This document shows positions 47,182 through 56,908 of a stretch of 64,000 bases of DNA, one piece after another. The notes beneath the pieces are model-generated. The model saw only the letters and a list, made by a program, of their open reading frames with translations. It did not search any database and was not told the DNA's origin. The position numbers were made by a program, and so were the translations under genes. Every line of letters begins with the position of its first letter. Position 1 is the stretch's first letter. This DNA comes from Thermoplasmata archaeon (GTDB lineage Archaea; Thermoplasmatota; Thermoplasmata; Thermoplasmatales; Thermoplasmataceae): contig JAKAAY010000004.1 in the NCBI GenBank assembly GCA_021802055.1, positions 16,177 through 80,176 on the forward strand, in the 5' to 3' direction.

Positions 47182-48528
47182 TCAGAACCCCATGACAGAG
47201 AAGAGGTTATCGACTGACCTGCCCCACAATTTCTCTTTTTCGCCAGTGAGATTCATCTTTTTCGAATCTATAAGCCCGGAAAAACCGAGCTTTCCTATCA
47301 CGTAGGCTGCGTATGCAGGAGCACCCGTCGCGCCCGGTGAATTATAGTTGAGGACATGAAAGCTCCTCCCTTCTGTTACTGTTATTGCCTCCGGGACGAA
47401 ACCAGACCTGTCGACCAGACTGTGCCTGATCCCTGACAGCCCTCTTGTGGTGAGGTATCTCCTATCCATTCCGGGCAGAAACTTCTGGACCCTTCTTGCC
47501 ATCTGTGACCTTGAAACAGAACTCCTCCACTCTTCCCTGATGAGCGAGAGAAATTCCCTGTTGCAAAAGAGCCTGACCTTGGGCATGTAAGGCCTTGAAA
47601 ACAGATCCACGGGTCCTTTTCTCAGGTCTCCGTCTCCCATGGGGTATTTATAAGGACCTGAGACCACTGAAGCAGTGGGTCCAACTTCTGCCGAACCATC
47701 ATGTCGTATCACATAATGTGGGTCCAGGAACGGGTATTCTGAGTGCTTCGGAACTGAATAGATGTTGTGGCTTGGCGGTTTCGAAAGGCCTTGCCCCACT
47801 TTCCAATAGTCGCCTCTAAAATGCAGAACGGAGAATTCCCTGGCAACACCTGAAATCCTTGCCAACCTGAGCGCCTCTCCCCCTGACACATTGAGTACGC
47901 AACGTGCTTCAAGCAGTCCTGTTTTTCCAGCGTGGTCCCTTATGATAAGTATGCCGTCCTGCGGGTCTATTTCAATTACTGTCTGCCCGAACATTATATC
48001 CATTGAATCTCTGGAACTGAGATCCAGAAGTTTCCGCGTGTATTCCCCAAAGGAGACGCAGGTGTCGTTCATGCTGAAAAAGGCTCCCTCACATGCTACA
48101 GACGGCTCCACTGCAGCCATTTCACTCTTATCCAATATCTGAAATTCATTTTTGTCCATTCCATTGGCGAGAGCGAACCTGCCGTAATTTTCGATAGATT
48201 TGAGCCCCTCGCCGTCGAGCGCCGCTTCCAACGTTCCCACCCTGTTCCAAGGGAGCCCATGAACGGCAGACATCTCCTTCCACAGCGGAAAGGATTCATT
48301 AGCAGCCCTGGAAAACACAGCTTTCTTTGATGGGTTAAGGTAGAAGGGACGGTGAATCACCCCTGTGTTCCTGGAGCTTGAATGAGCACCTGCGTGCATC
48401 TCGCTTTCCACCAAGGTTACTTTGAGTTTTGAAAAGGAGGCAATCAGATATGCAACGCTCGCTCCCAGTATCCCGGCGCCTATGATTGCAACATCAGTTC
48501 TCCTGTGGGCTCTCCCTGCAAAATTCAT
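47182..48528 (-). CDS. FAD-dependent oxidoreductase (DAO family, L-2-hydroxyglutarate oxidase-like)
   Basis: Rossmann motif DVAIIGAGILGASVAY; 448 aa. The substrate is not assignable. Confidence 0.65.
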   Translation of the reverse strand: MNFAGRAHRRTDVAIIGAGILGASVAYLIASFSKLKVTLVESEMHAGAHSSSRNTGVIHRPFYLNPSKKAVFSRAANESFPLWKEMSAVHGLPWNRVGTLEAALDGEGLKSIENYGRFALANGMDKNEFQILDKSEMAAVEPSVACEGAFFSMNDTCVSFGEYTRKLLDLSSRDSMDIMFGQTVIEIDPQDGILIIRDHAGKTGLLEARCVLNVSGGEALRLARISGVAREFSVLHFRGDYWKVGQGLSKPPSHNIYSVPKHSEYPFLDPHYVIRHDGSAEVGPTASVVSGPYKYPMGDGDLRKGPVDLFSRPYMPKVRLFCNREFLSLIREEWRSSVSRSQMARRVQKFLPGMDRRYLTTRGLSGIRHSLVDRSGFVPEAITVTEGRSFHVLNYNSPGATGAPAYAAYVIGKLGFSGLIDSKKMNLTGEKEKLWGRSVDNLFSVMGF

Positions 48529-48573
48529 TACGCTAGCATTATAAGTGCGAATTTATTAATTGGTACTGAGCAA

Positions 48574-49554
48574 ATGGAGGAAGCAACCGGGGGCAGGAAC
48601 CAGGGAATTGTGATTATTCCACGGCATCAGCGTAATCCGAAGACGCAACGCATCCTCTATAACATGCGCATCTTCACGAGGAACAGGATAGCATTTGTAG
48701 GAATGCTCATCGTAGTCGGCTATGCAGTGATAGCCATCCTGGATTGGATCTATCCCCAGTATCTAGGAGTGAAATCAGACTCAACGCTGGGTAGTTTTGT
48801 ATCGACCTATGGGGGGCTGAGGGCCTTTGCTTACCAGACCGCCCCAGGCTTTTCCAATGGATGGCAGTATCTCCTCGGCGGCACTGAATATAACGTTCCG
48901 GTGCTCCCTCTTATGATGGCTGCAATTAAAACGGATCTGTTCTTCGCAACCGTTGTGGTATTGGGGGCAGCCTTATTAGGCACAATTTATGGCGCGTTTT
49001 CCGGATTTATGGGGGGCGGAGTCGACGAGATCATGATGCGCATAGCCGACATTTTCCTCTCTGTCCCAACGCTTGTATTTGCCATTCTCATCTGGATAAT
49101 TCTTGGGGCAAACTTCACCAACCTTGTCCTGGCACTGGTTCTGGTCATGTGGCCATTCTACGCAAGAATCGCAAGGAGTTCGGCGCTTTTCTTAAGGCAC
49201 ATGAATTACATCGAGGCTTCCACGGCGCTTGGCTCTGGAAGGTTGAGAAACCTCCTCATTCATGTGATACCAAATCTGACGTCGCCAATACTGGTCAGGT
49301 TTACAATGGATCTTGGGAACGCCGTTACGATACTGGCAACGCTCTTTTTCCTGGGGCTTTATTACCGCCCTACACTTCTGGCTCCCCCGGAGATTGGGGA
49401 AATGATCTCCATAGCGGCAACATCGGGATATGTTTTTACAGGGCAGTGGTGGTCATACATGTTTCCTGGCCTGTTCCTTCTTCTATTCGCAGTTGGAGCA
49501 AACCTCTTCGGAGACGGGATAAGGGACATTCTTGACCCCCGCCTCAGATTCTGA
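48574..49554 (+). CDS. Oligopeptide/dipeptide ABC transporter permease (OppC/DppC family), without partner genes
   Basis: The N-terminal FTRNRIAFVGMLIV, the conserved DEIMMRIADIFLSVPTLVF and the C-terminal GDGIRDILDPR are typical of OppC. Confidence 0.8.
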   Translation: MEEATGGRNQGIVIIPRHQRNPKTQRILYNMRIFTRNRIAFVGMLIVVGYAVIAILDWIYPQYLGVKSDSTLGSFVSTYGGLRAFAYQTAPGFSNGWQYLLGGTEYNVPVLPLMMAAIKTDLFFATVVVLGAALLGTIYGAFSGFMGGGVDEIMMRIADIFLSVPTLVFAILIWIILGANFTNLVLALVLVMWPFYARIARSSALFLRHMNYIEASTALGSGRLRNLLIHVIPNLTSPILVRFTMDLGNAVTILATLFFLGLYYRPTLLAPPEIGEMISIAATSGYVFTGQWWSYMFPGLFLLLFAVGANLFGDGIRDILDPRLRF

Positions 49555-49618
49555 TTCCCGCACACGATCAGACTGCAGGCAGTATTAAGGTTAAATCTTG
49601 CAAAGGAATGTTGTGGCC

Positions 49619-49819
49619 ATGAATCTCTCGGACATGCTGGAAAAACGCGTCAGGGCATGGATGATCAACCAGGGGCAGGAAAATATCGTGCCGGGGATGA
49701 GCTTTGAGGGTACCCTCAAGGGAATTGACCAGGGAACTTACATCATAAAGGTTGACAGCGACGAGGACGATTTCATCGTGGTGCCCATAGGCTCATGCAA
49801 GTTGCTGGTCAGGGCTTAG
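49619..49819 (+). CDS. Small hypothetical protein
   Basis: 66 aa: MNLSDMLEKRVRAWMINQG...YIIKVDSDEDDFIVVPIGSCKLLVRA. The composition is coding-like and no motif was recognised. Confidence 0.35.
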   Translation: MNLSDMLEKRVRAWMINQGQENIVPGMSFEGTLKGIDQGTYIIKVDSDEDDFIVVPIGSCKLLVRA

Positions 49820-50951
49820 ACTCACGCGGTGAACTGGATTTTCTGGGTTCCACAATGTTCATCATAAGAGCGAGCATCTTGCTCCTTATGCCGTCTGAAT
49901 CTATTCCGCTGAACCTGCCCACGACCTTGACAATGTAGCTGTTCATGGTGGTCTCGTCTATGTAGACGTTGGGCGTTGACAGCGAACCCTGGATTTTGGA
50001 AATGCCCTCCGAAATGGCATCCCTGATGCTGCTGAATTCAACATATTTTGGGGTCTCGTATCTGGCCTGTACCACGACTTCTCTCTTCCTGACTATGATT
50101 GCAGCTATGACGACAATGCCATTGGGCAGTTTGACCAGATCACCGCTGTTTAGTCTAAGGGTGGTGTAATTTATGGAGATCTCTTTCACAACGCCGGTGT
50201 AGGCTGTCGACTCTATCCTGTCTTCCGAGAAGTATTTGGGAAAAAGAACGGGAAATGCACCACCGTACTGCCAGGTGTTGATGGTGATGTAATCGCCTAT
50301 GCTGAAGGGTCTGACCACGGTCAGGAGGATCCCCCCAAACTGATTTGAAAGCACAGTCTGAGCCGCGAGGCCGAGTACCACTGAAAAGAGCGAGCCTCCA
50401 AGGATTACCGAGGACACGTTAACTCCAAGCCCGGCAAGGGTGGCCACACCGATTATGAAATATCCTGCCAGGGTTATGAGGAAAATAATGGGATGAATCT
50501 TTGCCGGGGACATGAAACGGCTAAGGTACATCCTTACAAAATTGAGAACCACACGGAAGATGAGGTATGCAACCACCACTATTACAAGCGCGTTCACGAG
50601 TCTGGAAAATCCAACCGGAATGACGTCATAGACGGTGGTTATGAGGTAAATGGTCACAAGCACAAAGGCAAGCACCATTATCATGGCCACAAATGACCTG
50701 AGGAGGCGCCCAATTTTCAGGTTGCGTTCATGATGCCCCTCTCCGGGAACATCGCTCATTGCAATGTATGATGCTGCAAATATCAGGGAAATCAAAGCGT
50801 CCAAGGCGATTGAAATCTCAAGGGTCACGTATGTTGGTTCAGGAAATACGGGGTAGTAGGAAGTTAGAAATAGAATGATTGCAGGAATGAGGATCATGCT
50901 GGCGGCATAACCAATAACAAGCACCTGCTTTCCATACCCGGTTTCAGCCAT
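49809..50951 (-). CDS. Small-conductance mechanosensitive channel (MscS family)
   Basis: LGLAAQTVLSNQFGGILLTVVRPFSIGDYI is the MscS pore-helix/beta-domain signature. Several N-terminal TMs are present. Confidence 0.85.
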   Translation of the reverse strand: MAETGYGKQVLVIGYAASMILIPAIILFLTSYYPVFPEPTYVTLEISIALDALISLIFAASYIAMSDVPGEGHHERNLKIGRLLRSFVAMIMVLAFVLVTIYLITTVYDVIPVGFSRLVNALVIVVVAYLIFRVVLNFVRMYLSRFMSPAKIHPIIFLITLAGYFIIGVATLAGLGVNVSSVILGGSLFSVVLGLAAQTVLSNQFGGILLTVVRPFSIGDYITINTWQYGGAFPVLFPKYFSEDRIESTAYTGVVKEISINYTTLRLNSGDLVKLPNGIVVIAAIIVRKREVVVQARYETPKYVEFSSIRDAISEGISKIQGSLSTPNVYIDETTMNSYIVKVVGRFSGIDSDGIRSKMLALMMNIVEPRKSSSPRESKP

Positions 50952-51855
50952 AGTTCCAAAATGCCTGATACCACTTAAGAATTTATCATCCTGATATGCC
51001 TGACTGATTGTGGTAATCCCTGCGTATCTCTTAAAAATACGCAGAGTGTCCCTCCCGCAGTGGCCTTAAACGGCTCATTCTGCGGTCAAACTCGTTTGGA
51101 ATAATCCCGACAATGGCTGCTGGTGAAGCAACACGTGGAACTGCTCCCCTTCTTGTCATGGTGCAACTCGTAATTAAGGTTGAAGATTTTTCTGTCATGC
51201 GTGACATAAACGGACATCCATGAAAGCTGATGTTTTCAGGACTTCCCAGGGAAAAACCCCACCAAACGTCATCCGTCTCCGTTAGTGGAAAGTCCTCAGA
51301 CCTGGGCCTCTGGGGCGCCATGCAGAAATCCTTCCGCTTTCCATGCAGAGGTCAGGTTTGAAGTCTGTCATTGTACTCCCGGGGATCCCACGAAATCCAG
51401 TGAATGCCGGACTTCACTGAAAGATATTCCCAACTCCGGGTCGCCTTTCAGTTTTAGCCATAAGGTACAATCGCATCATGATTCAGTGTTTTATGCTGTT
51501 TACGAGCATAATTATGGTAATGGCGACTTTATCATCTCTCCCATGCCGTCTATCGTCCTTAGAACGTACATGATTCATCCGAATAATCAGCATAATGGGC
51601 CAGCGGAATGCAGACAAGATTTAATGACTCCATCCAGTGTAACTTTTTTCAGGAATGATTCACCGGACTTCATAAGAAATCTAACAGTGAGGATTCACCT
51701 CTAAGCCATCTGCCGTATGGGTCCTGTCTGGAATAACGCCCTCTATAAACGTCTCTTTCGCGGGAATGATGGAAGTGCACTGAAATGGTGTCCGGAAGAA
51801 AGTATTATCTATCATTCATCTGATTAACCGGCAGCACACTGAAAGGACTGATTGA

Positions 51856-52590
51856 ATGACCAGAATTGTAATGCCTGTAAAGAACCTTAAGGAGATAACA
51901 GACCTCCTCAACACTGTCACCACTGAAGTTAAGCTCAAACTGACCGGGAAGGGGATGGAAGTCCGTGCAGTGGATCCAGCCCATGTTGCCATGATAAATA
52001 TAGATGCCCCGAAAGAATCCTTCGTTGAATACGGCGTGGATAACGAGGAGGAACTTGCAGTTGACGTCGAGCGACTCAAGAATGTCATCAAGGTCTCCAG
52101 GGACTCTGATCAGATCACCATAACAAAGGAGAAGGATAAGTTGCTCTTCGAGATTGGCACGATCAACAAGAAGATCAGCCTGCTGGATGGGAACACCGTT
52201 TCTACGCCTAAGATCCCTCAGTTGTCCTCAGAATCTTATGTGGTTCTGTCGAGAACTGATCTGGAGCGCGGTCTGAAGGCCGCTGAAGATGTATCTGACG
52301 CGATAAGGCTTACTCTCACAAAGGAATCATTCAGGGCGAGGTCCATGTCTGAGACCGAGGAGTCTGAACTCTCACTACCGGCAGATCTTCTAAAGGAAGT
52401 TGTCTGCGCCGGAACGGTCAAGAGTTCGTATCCGCTTGAGTATCTCATCAGGTTCATAAAATCAATTACCACCGCGGAAGAAATCAAGATGTCATTCAAG
52501 GACGATTACCCTCTTATCATAGATTTCAGATTTGGTGTCAATAGGGACATATCAGGAACCTTTTTACTCGCTCCGAGGATGGAACAGTAA
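51856..52590 (+). CDS. pcn: DNA polymerase sliding clamp PCNA
   Basis: 244 aa. The pattern (GMEVRAVDPAHVAMINIDAPKESFVEY, SMSETEESELSL, SYPLEYL) matches archaeal PCNA. Confidence 0.9.
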   Translation: MTRIVMPVKNLKEITDLLNTVTTEVKLKLTGKGMEVRAVDPAHVAMINIDAPKESFVEYGVDNEEELAVDVERLKNVIKVSRDSDQITITKEKDKLLFEIGTINKKISLLDGNTVSTPKIPQLSSESYVVLSRTDLERGLKAAEDVSDAIRLTLTKESFRARSMSETEESELSLPADLLKEVVCAGTVKSSYPLEYLIRFIKSITTAEEIKMSFKDDYPLIIDFRFGVNRDISGTFLLAPRMEQ

Positions 52591-52971
52591 CCAATCAGAT
52601 CACGCATCTCATCCCTTACTTCTCGGCATGGCCGGGAGGATACTTTCACCGCATTCCCGGGAAGGATCCCGCCCCAGGCCAATTTGCCCATCTCCGGATT
52701 TATGAAATATGTTTGATGGTGCAGGGGCATGCAGATCCGACAATGTGGGAGTCTAACTACTCTTCTGCCACTCGATCTTTTGCCCGTCCCTATTAGGTGG
52801 TTCTCGAGGGAACATAGAGAATCCAAGCAGGGAAGAACATTCTCCCGGAGGGCATGTCTGGCGACTCATTGCGTATCTCTTAGGCCGCTCATCAGTACAT
52901 GGCATCGTATAGACGATCCTAACGGCCGTAAGATCCCATGTTTGAGCTCGGAGTGATTTACATTGGCAAAA

Positions 52972-53046
52972 CGGGCGCGAGGGGATTCGGACCCCTGATC
53001 TACAGCTTAGGAGGCTGTTGCCCTATCCAGACTAGGCCACGCGCCC
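52972..53046 (-). tRNA. tRNA-Arg (CCU)
   Basis: The reverse strand folds as GGGCGCG-TG-GCCT...AGGGC-A-ACAGC-CTCCTAA-GCTGT-AGATC-AGGGG-TCCGAAT-CCCCT-CGCGCCC-G. A TATA-like TTTAAATA lies 26-33 nt upstream. Confidence 0.88.
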
Positions 53047-53213
53047 CGTGCCCTTCGGCATTTGTGGTTTGTATTTAAACCTTAGATTGTTTGTTGCAAG
53101 GGCTGCTATAGCCCTCAGGCCTCAAGTTCCTATTGTAGCCCTTCGTCCGGACTGTAATGATATCGCCCTGGTCATTTCAGTTAGCGTCTTATATGCTCAG
53201 GAAATTAAGGAGG

Positions 53214-53693
53214 ATGTATCTGACCATCGATGGCTGGGAGTCCAATCTCAGGTTTTCTGCAGCGCACTTCATTCCATCACACACTAAATGCTCGCGTCTG
53301 CACGGGCACGATTATGCTGTGAGCGTAACGGTATTTGGCTCCCAGGAAAAGGAATTTCTCATCGATTTCCTGGATCTGAAGAAATATGTTGAGGACATCA
53401 TTACGCCTCTGGATCACAGAGTGCTTGTACCTGGAAAGGGTGACAGCATCAGGCGTGAATTCACGGAAGACCAGTGCAGGATAACTTACGGGGGCAAGTC
53501 CATGATGTTCTGGAGGGAAGACGTATATCTTCTGGACGCTGAATCATCCTCAAGTGAGGACATGGCCTCATTCCTTGCGGATCAGCTGCATGCGAAGCTG
53601 AGGAATTACCGCAAGATAACGAAACTCGAAGTATGCATAGAAGAGGGCCCCGGAATGGGTGCATGTGCGGAAAAGAGTGTGCAGCATGGGTAA
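53214..53693 (+). CDS. queD: 6-carboxy-5,6,7,8-tetrahydropterin synthase (QueD/PTPS family)
   Basis: FSAAHFIPSHTKCSRLHGHDY. AAGGAGG lies upstream of ATG 53214. Confidence 0.85.
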   Translation: MYLTIDGWESNLRFSAAHFIPSHTKCSRLHGHDYAVSVTVFGSQEKEFLIDFLDLKKYVEDIITPLDHRVLVPGKGDSIRREFTEDQCRITYGGKSMMFWREDVYLLDAESSSSEDMASFLADQLHAKLRNYRKITKLEVCIEEGPGMGACAEKSVQHG

Positions 53694-54399
53694 GGTTGTT
53701 GTTCTCCTTTCCGGTGGGCTTGACTCTGCAACAACGCTCGCCTTCGTGATCTCCAGGGGAATGGAAGCCATCGCCCTGAGTTTTGACTACGGTCAGAGGC
53801 ACAGACGTGAACTTGAGAGTGGCAGGAGAGTCGCGGACCATTTTGGCGTGAAGCGTGCGGTCTTTAAGATGGACTTTTCCTTTGCCGGAAACAGTTCACT
53901 GACATCCAGTCTTGACGTGGAGGACAGGCCGCTGGAAAAGATAGGGGATGACATCCCGGCCACGTACGTACCGGCGAGAAACTCCGTCTTTCTCTCCATA
54001 GGCTCGGCATATGCTGAGGCTCTGGGCTGTGACTCTGTTGCAATAGGAGCCAATGCCCTTGATTATTCCGGTTATCCTGACTGCAGGCCTGAATACATGA
54101 ACGCAATGGAAAAGGCCCTCAACCTTGGTACCAGGATCGGGGTTAGCGGAAACCTCAGCATTATGGTGCCTCTGCAGTATCTCACCAAGAAGGAGATTAT
54201 AAGGCTCGGGCTTTCGCTGGGTGTCCCGTTCGGCCTCACCAGATCATGTTACCGGGATAATGAGAAGGCATGCGGAAGATGCGACTCGTGCAAACTCAGG
54301 CTCAGGGGGTTCATGGAAGCGGGATCGGAAGATCCAACGGCTTACCAGGACTTGCCTGGTTTCTACTCAGATTACCTGAAAGAAAGGAAAGGCTCTTAG
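53686..54399 (+). CDS. queC: 7-cyano-7-deazaguanine synthase
   Basis: PP-loop LLSGGLDS and the C-terminal Zn motif CGRCDSCKLR. It overlaps the queD stop (ATGGGTAA). Confidence 0.92.
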   Translation: MGKVVVLLSGGLDSATTLAFVISRGMEAIALSFDYGQRHRRELESGRRVADHFGVKRAVFKMDFSFAGNSSLTSSLDVEDRPLEKIGDDIPATYVPARNSVFLSIGSAYAEALGCDSVAIGANALDYSGYPDCRPEYMNAMEKALNLGTRIGVSGNLSIMVPLQYLTKKEIIRLGLSLGVPFGLTRSCYRDNEKACGRCDSCKLRLRGFMEAGSEDPTAYQDLPGFYSDYLKERKGS

Positions 54400-55370
54400 T
54401 GAGCCTTTGACAGGAATTCATCCACCTTTCTGCAGTTCTCGTTGACTGACGCCACAGTTTTCTTCCACAGCTCCAGTTCATCGGGGTTGAAGTCCAGGTC
54501 ATAGATATGCTCGACACCATTCTTCCCAATCTTCACAGGAAGGCCAATGAATACGCCGTCAGCACCATAGTGCTTCGCATGGGACCCTGAGAGATACGCC
54601 GCACTGGGGATAACCCTCTTCTTGTCCAGTATAACAGACTCTGCCATGGCAGTGATAGAGATCCCAGGAGCATAGAAGGCACTCCCAGTCTTGAGGTAAT
54701 TCACTATCTCCCCGCCTCCCATCCTGGTCCTCTTAACGATCTCGGCCAGTCTTTCCTTGCTGATGAGCTTCTCAACAGGTATCCCCGCAACATTGGAATA
54801 TCTCAGGAACGGGACCATGTCATCTCCGTGGCCGCCGATGACAAATGCATTGACGTCCTTTACCGAGACGTTAAGCTCCTCTGCCAGGAATGTCCTGAAC
54901 CTCGCGCTGTCAAGTGAGCCTCCCAGACCCATGATTCTCCCGGGAGGGAATCCGGTTACCTTCTGGAGTGCATAAGCCATTATGTCTGCAGGGTTGGTGA
55001 CCACTATCACCACGGCACCTGGCGCATATTTCTTGATCTGCCTGGCAACGCCCCCAATGATTTCGACGTTCTTCCCAAGGAGATCGTCTCTGGACATGCC
55101 AGGCTTCCTTGCAAGTCCTGCAGTGACTACAACGAGATCAGAGTCCTTCATGTTTTCGTAGGCCTTCTCATCCGTGGTGGTGAAACCATAGACCTTTGAG
55201 TCGGAACCCCAGTGGGGATTTCCCTCAAGCATGTCGAGACCCTTGCCTTCAGGGACCCCATCCACGACGTCAAAAAGATAAACATCCCCAAGTTCCTTCA
55301 AGGCAAGGAACTGAGCAAGAGTCGCACCAACGTTACCAGCACCGATCACTGAGATTTTTGCTCTGGTCAT
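54396..55370 (-). CDS. mdh: Malate dehydrogenase (LDH-like family)
   Basis: VIGAGNVGA, ARKPGMSRDDL and IGGHGDDMVP. Confidence 0.92.
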   Translation of the reverse strand: MTRAKISVIGAGNVGATLAQFLALKELGDVYLFDVVDGVPEGKGLDMLEGNPHWGSDSKVYGFTTTDEKAYENMKDSDLVVVTAGLARKPGMSRDDLLGKNVEIIGGVARQIKKYAPGAVVIVVTNPADIMAYALQKVTGFPPGRIMGLGGSLDSARFRTFLAEELNVSVKDVNAFVIGGHGDDMVPFLRYSNVAGIPVEKLISKERLAEIVKRTRMGGGEIVNYLKTGSAFYAPGISITAMAESVILDKKRVIPSAAYLSGSHAKHYGADGVFIGLPVKIGKNGVEHIYDLDFNPDELELWKKTVASVNENCRKVDEFLSKAH

Positions 55371-55621
55371 ATGCGGTAATCTGTTTGGACTAAAAACAAT
55401 TTACGTCTAAGTTCTGGAAGTCCTGGCCAAAGTTATCTCAGAATATTCCGCTCTCAATATCAGGTCTCTCTCCACTTCGTCAGAAGTCTTGCAATGGAGA
55501 AATAGCCAAAAACGTTGATCAGAAGCACAGGCCACATGAGTAACTGAACAGAAGCAAGCCCGAGGTATCCCTGAACGAGCACAGCGGCAGGAGTGACGGG
55601 GGATATTGACCAAAAACCGAG

Positions 55622-56908
55622 CGCAAGCCCACAGACTTCAGTCGTGGGTTAGTGAGGCAACCTGTAATAATATCTACTATATTTCTATTAGTAATGATTA
55701 AGGCTTTAAAAGTGCGTTTATATCCGAATGGATAACAGAAAATCCTGTTGGAGAGGCACTTTGGAGCTTGCAGGTTTGTGTATAACCACTTCCTTGAGGT
55801 CAGAACGAAATATTATGCGGAGAGCAAAGCACAGGGGAAAGCACAGGGGCTTAATTATTTCAAGACTTGCAAGATGCTCACGGAATTGAAGAAAGAATAC
55901 CCATGGCTTTACGAGATATCCAACCCGTCGCTACAGCAATCTCTGAGAAAACTGGACAACGCTTTCACTGCATTCTTTAGGAAAAACAACGACTACCCAA
56001 ATTTCAGGTCAAGGAAGGATAACCAGTATTTCATTGTGCCATCAGGTTTCAGGGTAGATGGAAATAAACTCATCATACCTAAATTCATGGAAGGAATGGA
56101 ATACAGGGATAAGAAAGCAATTCCGGGTAAAATAAAGCAGATCGTAGTATCAAGAGATGTCAGCAGATACTATGCGTCGATACAATATGAAACAGAAGAA
56201 GAACTGCCTAAAGGCAATGCTGTTATAGGCATCGACATGGGCATCAGGGCATTCCTCACCGCATCAGACGGATTGCAGGTCGAGCCGCTTAATGCATTGA
56301 GGAAAGCGGAAAAGAAATTGAAGAGGGAACAGGGGAGGTTATCAAGAAGAAAGAAAGGATCGGAAAACAGGAAGAAGCAGATAGTGAAGGTGCAGAAGAT
56401 CCATCAGAGGATCAGGGATGCGAGAACAGATTTCAACCACAAGGTATCTACAGCGATAGCCAAGCATTATGGTACTGTGGTAATAGAGGATCTGAACGTA
56501 TCGGGCATGGTGAAGAATCACCATCTCTCAAAGAGCATAAACGATCAGGGATGGCATCAGTTCAAGACCATGCTTGGATACAAGCTTGGGTGGAGAAAAG
56601 CTGATCTGATAACGATAGGAAGATTTGATCCATCATCGAAAATGTGCTCGAAATGCGGGAACATAAAGCATGATCTGAAGCTATCGGACCGCATATATCA
56701 TTGCGATGCGTGCGGCTTCAAGATGGACAGGGATCTCAACGCGGCAAAAAACATTCGCAATATGGGACTAATAAAGGTAGGGAAGGGCATTCCCGAATTC
56801 ACGCCTGTGGAAAGTGCTACAGCGGCGGAACTCTCAAAAGGAGGTCTACGAGTTGCCACTCTGTGAAGCAGGAACCCCACACCCTTCAGGGGTGGGAGGA
56901 TGTCAGAG
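55622..56908 (+). mobile_element. IS200/IS605-family element carrying only tnpB (IS1341-like); boundaries approximate to +/-3 nt
   Basis: It carries the tnpB ORF. A subterminal hairpin CCCACAGAC-TTCA-GTCGTGGG lies at 55628-55648 (left) and CCCCACACCC-TTCA-GGGGTGGGAGG at 56875-56899 (right). The flanks are two halves of one permease gene. Confidence 0.75.
55694..56866 (+). pseudogene. tnpB: TnpB (RuvC-like RNA-guided nuclease family) with an in-frame TAA at codon 14
   Basis: ATG 55694 gives MIKALKVRLYPNG*QKILLERHFGACRFVYN, with TAA at 55733-55735. The track ORF restarts at TTG 55748. RuvC motifs IGIDMGI, VVIEDLN and MDRDLNAAKNI and the zinc finger CSKCG...CDACG are intact. Confidence 0.8.

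Noticed and set aside
52591-52971. 380-nt gap between pcn and tRNA-Arg, with GC-rich palindromic pieces (GGCCGGGAGGAT...CCCGGGAAGGATCCCGCCCCAGGCC), as a candidate SRP RNA or other ncRNA.
   Set aside because: I could not build a consistent secondary structure or find the conserved helix-8 motif. Short ORFs there (56 aa on the minus strand, 75 aa on the plus strand) have no recognisable features. It is left unassigned and an Rfam scan would settle it.
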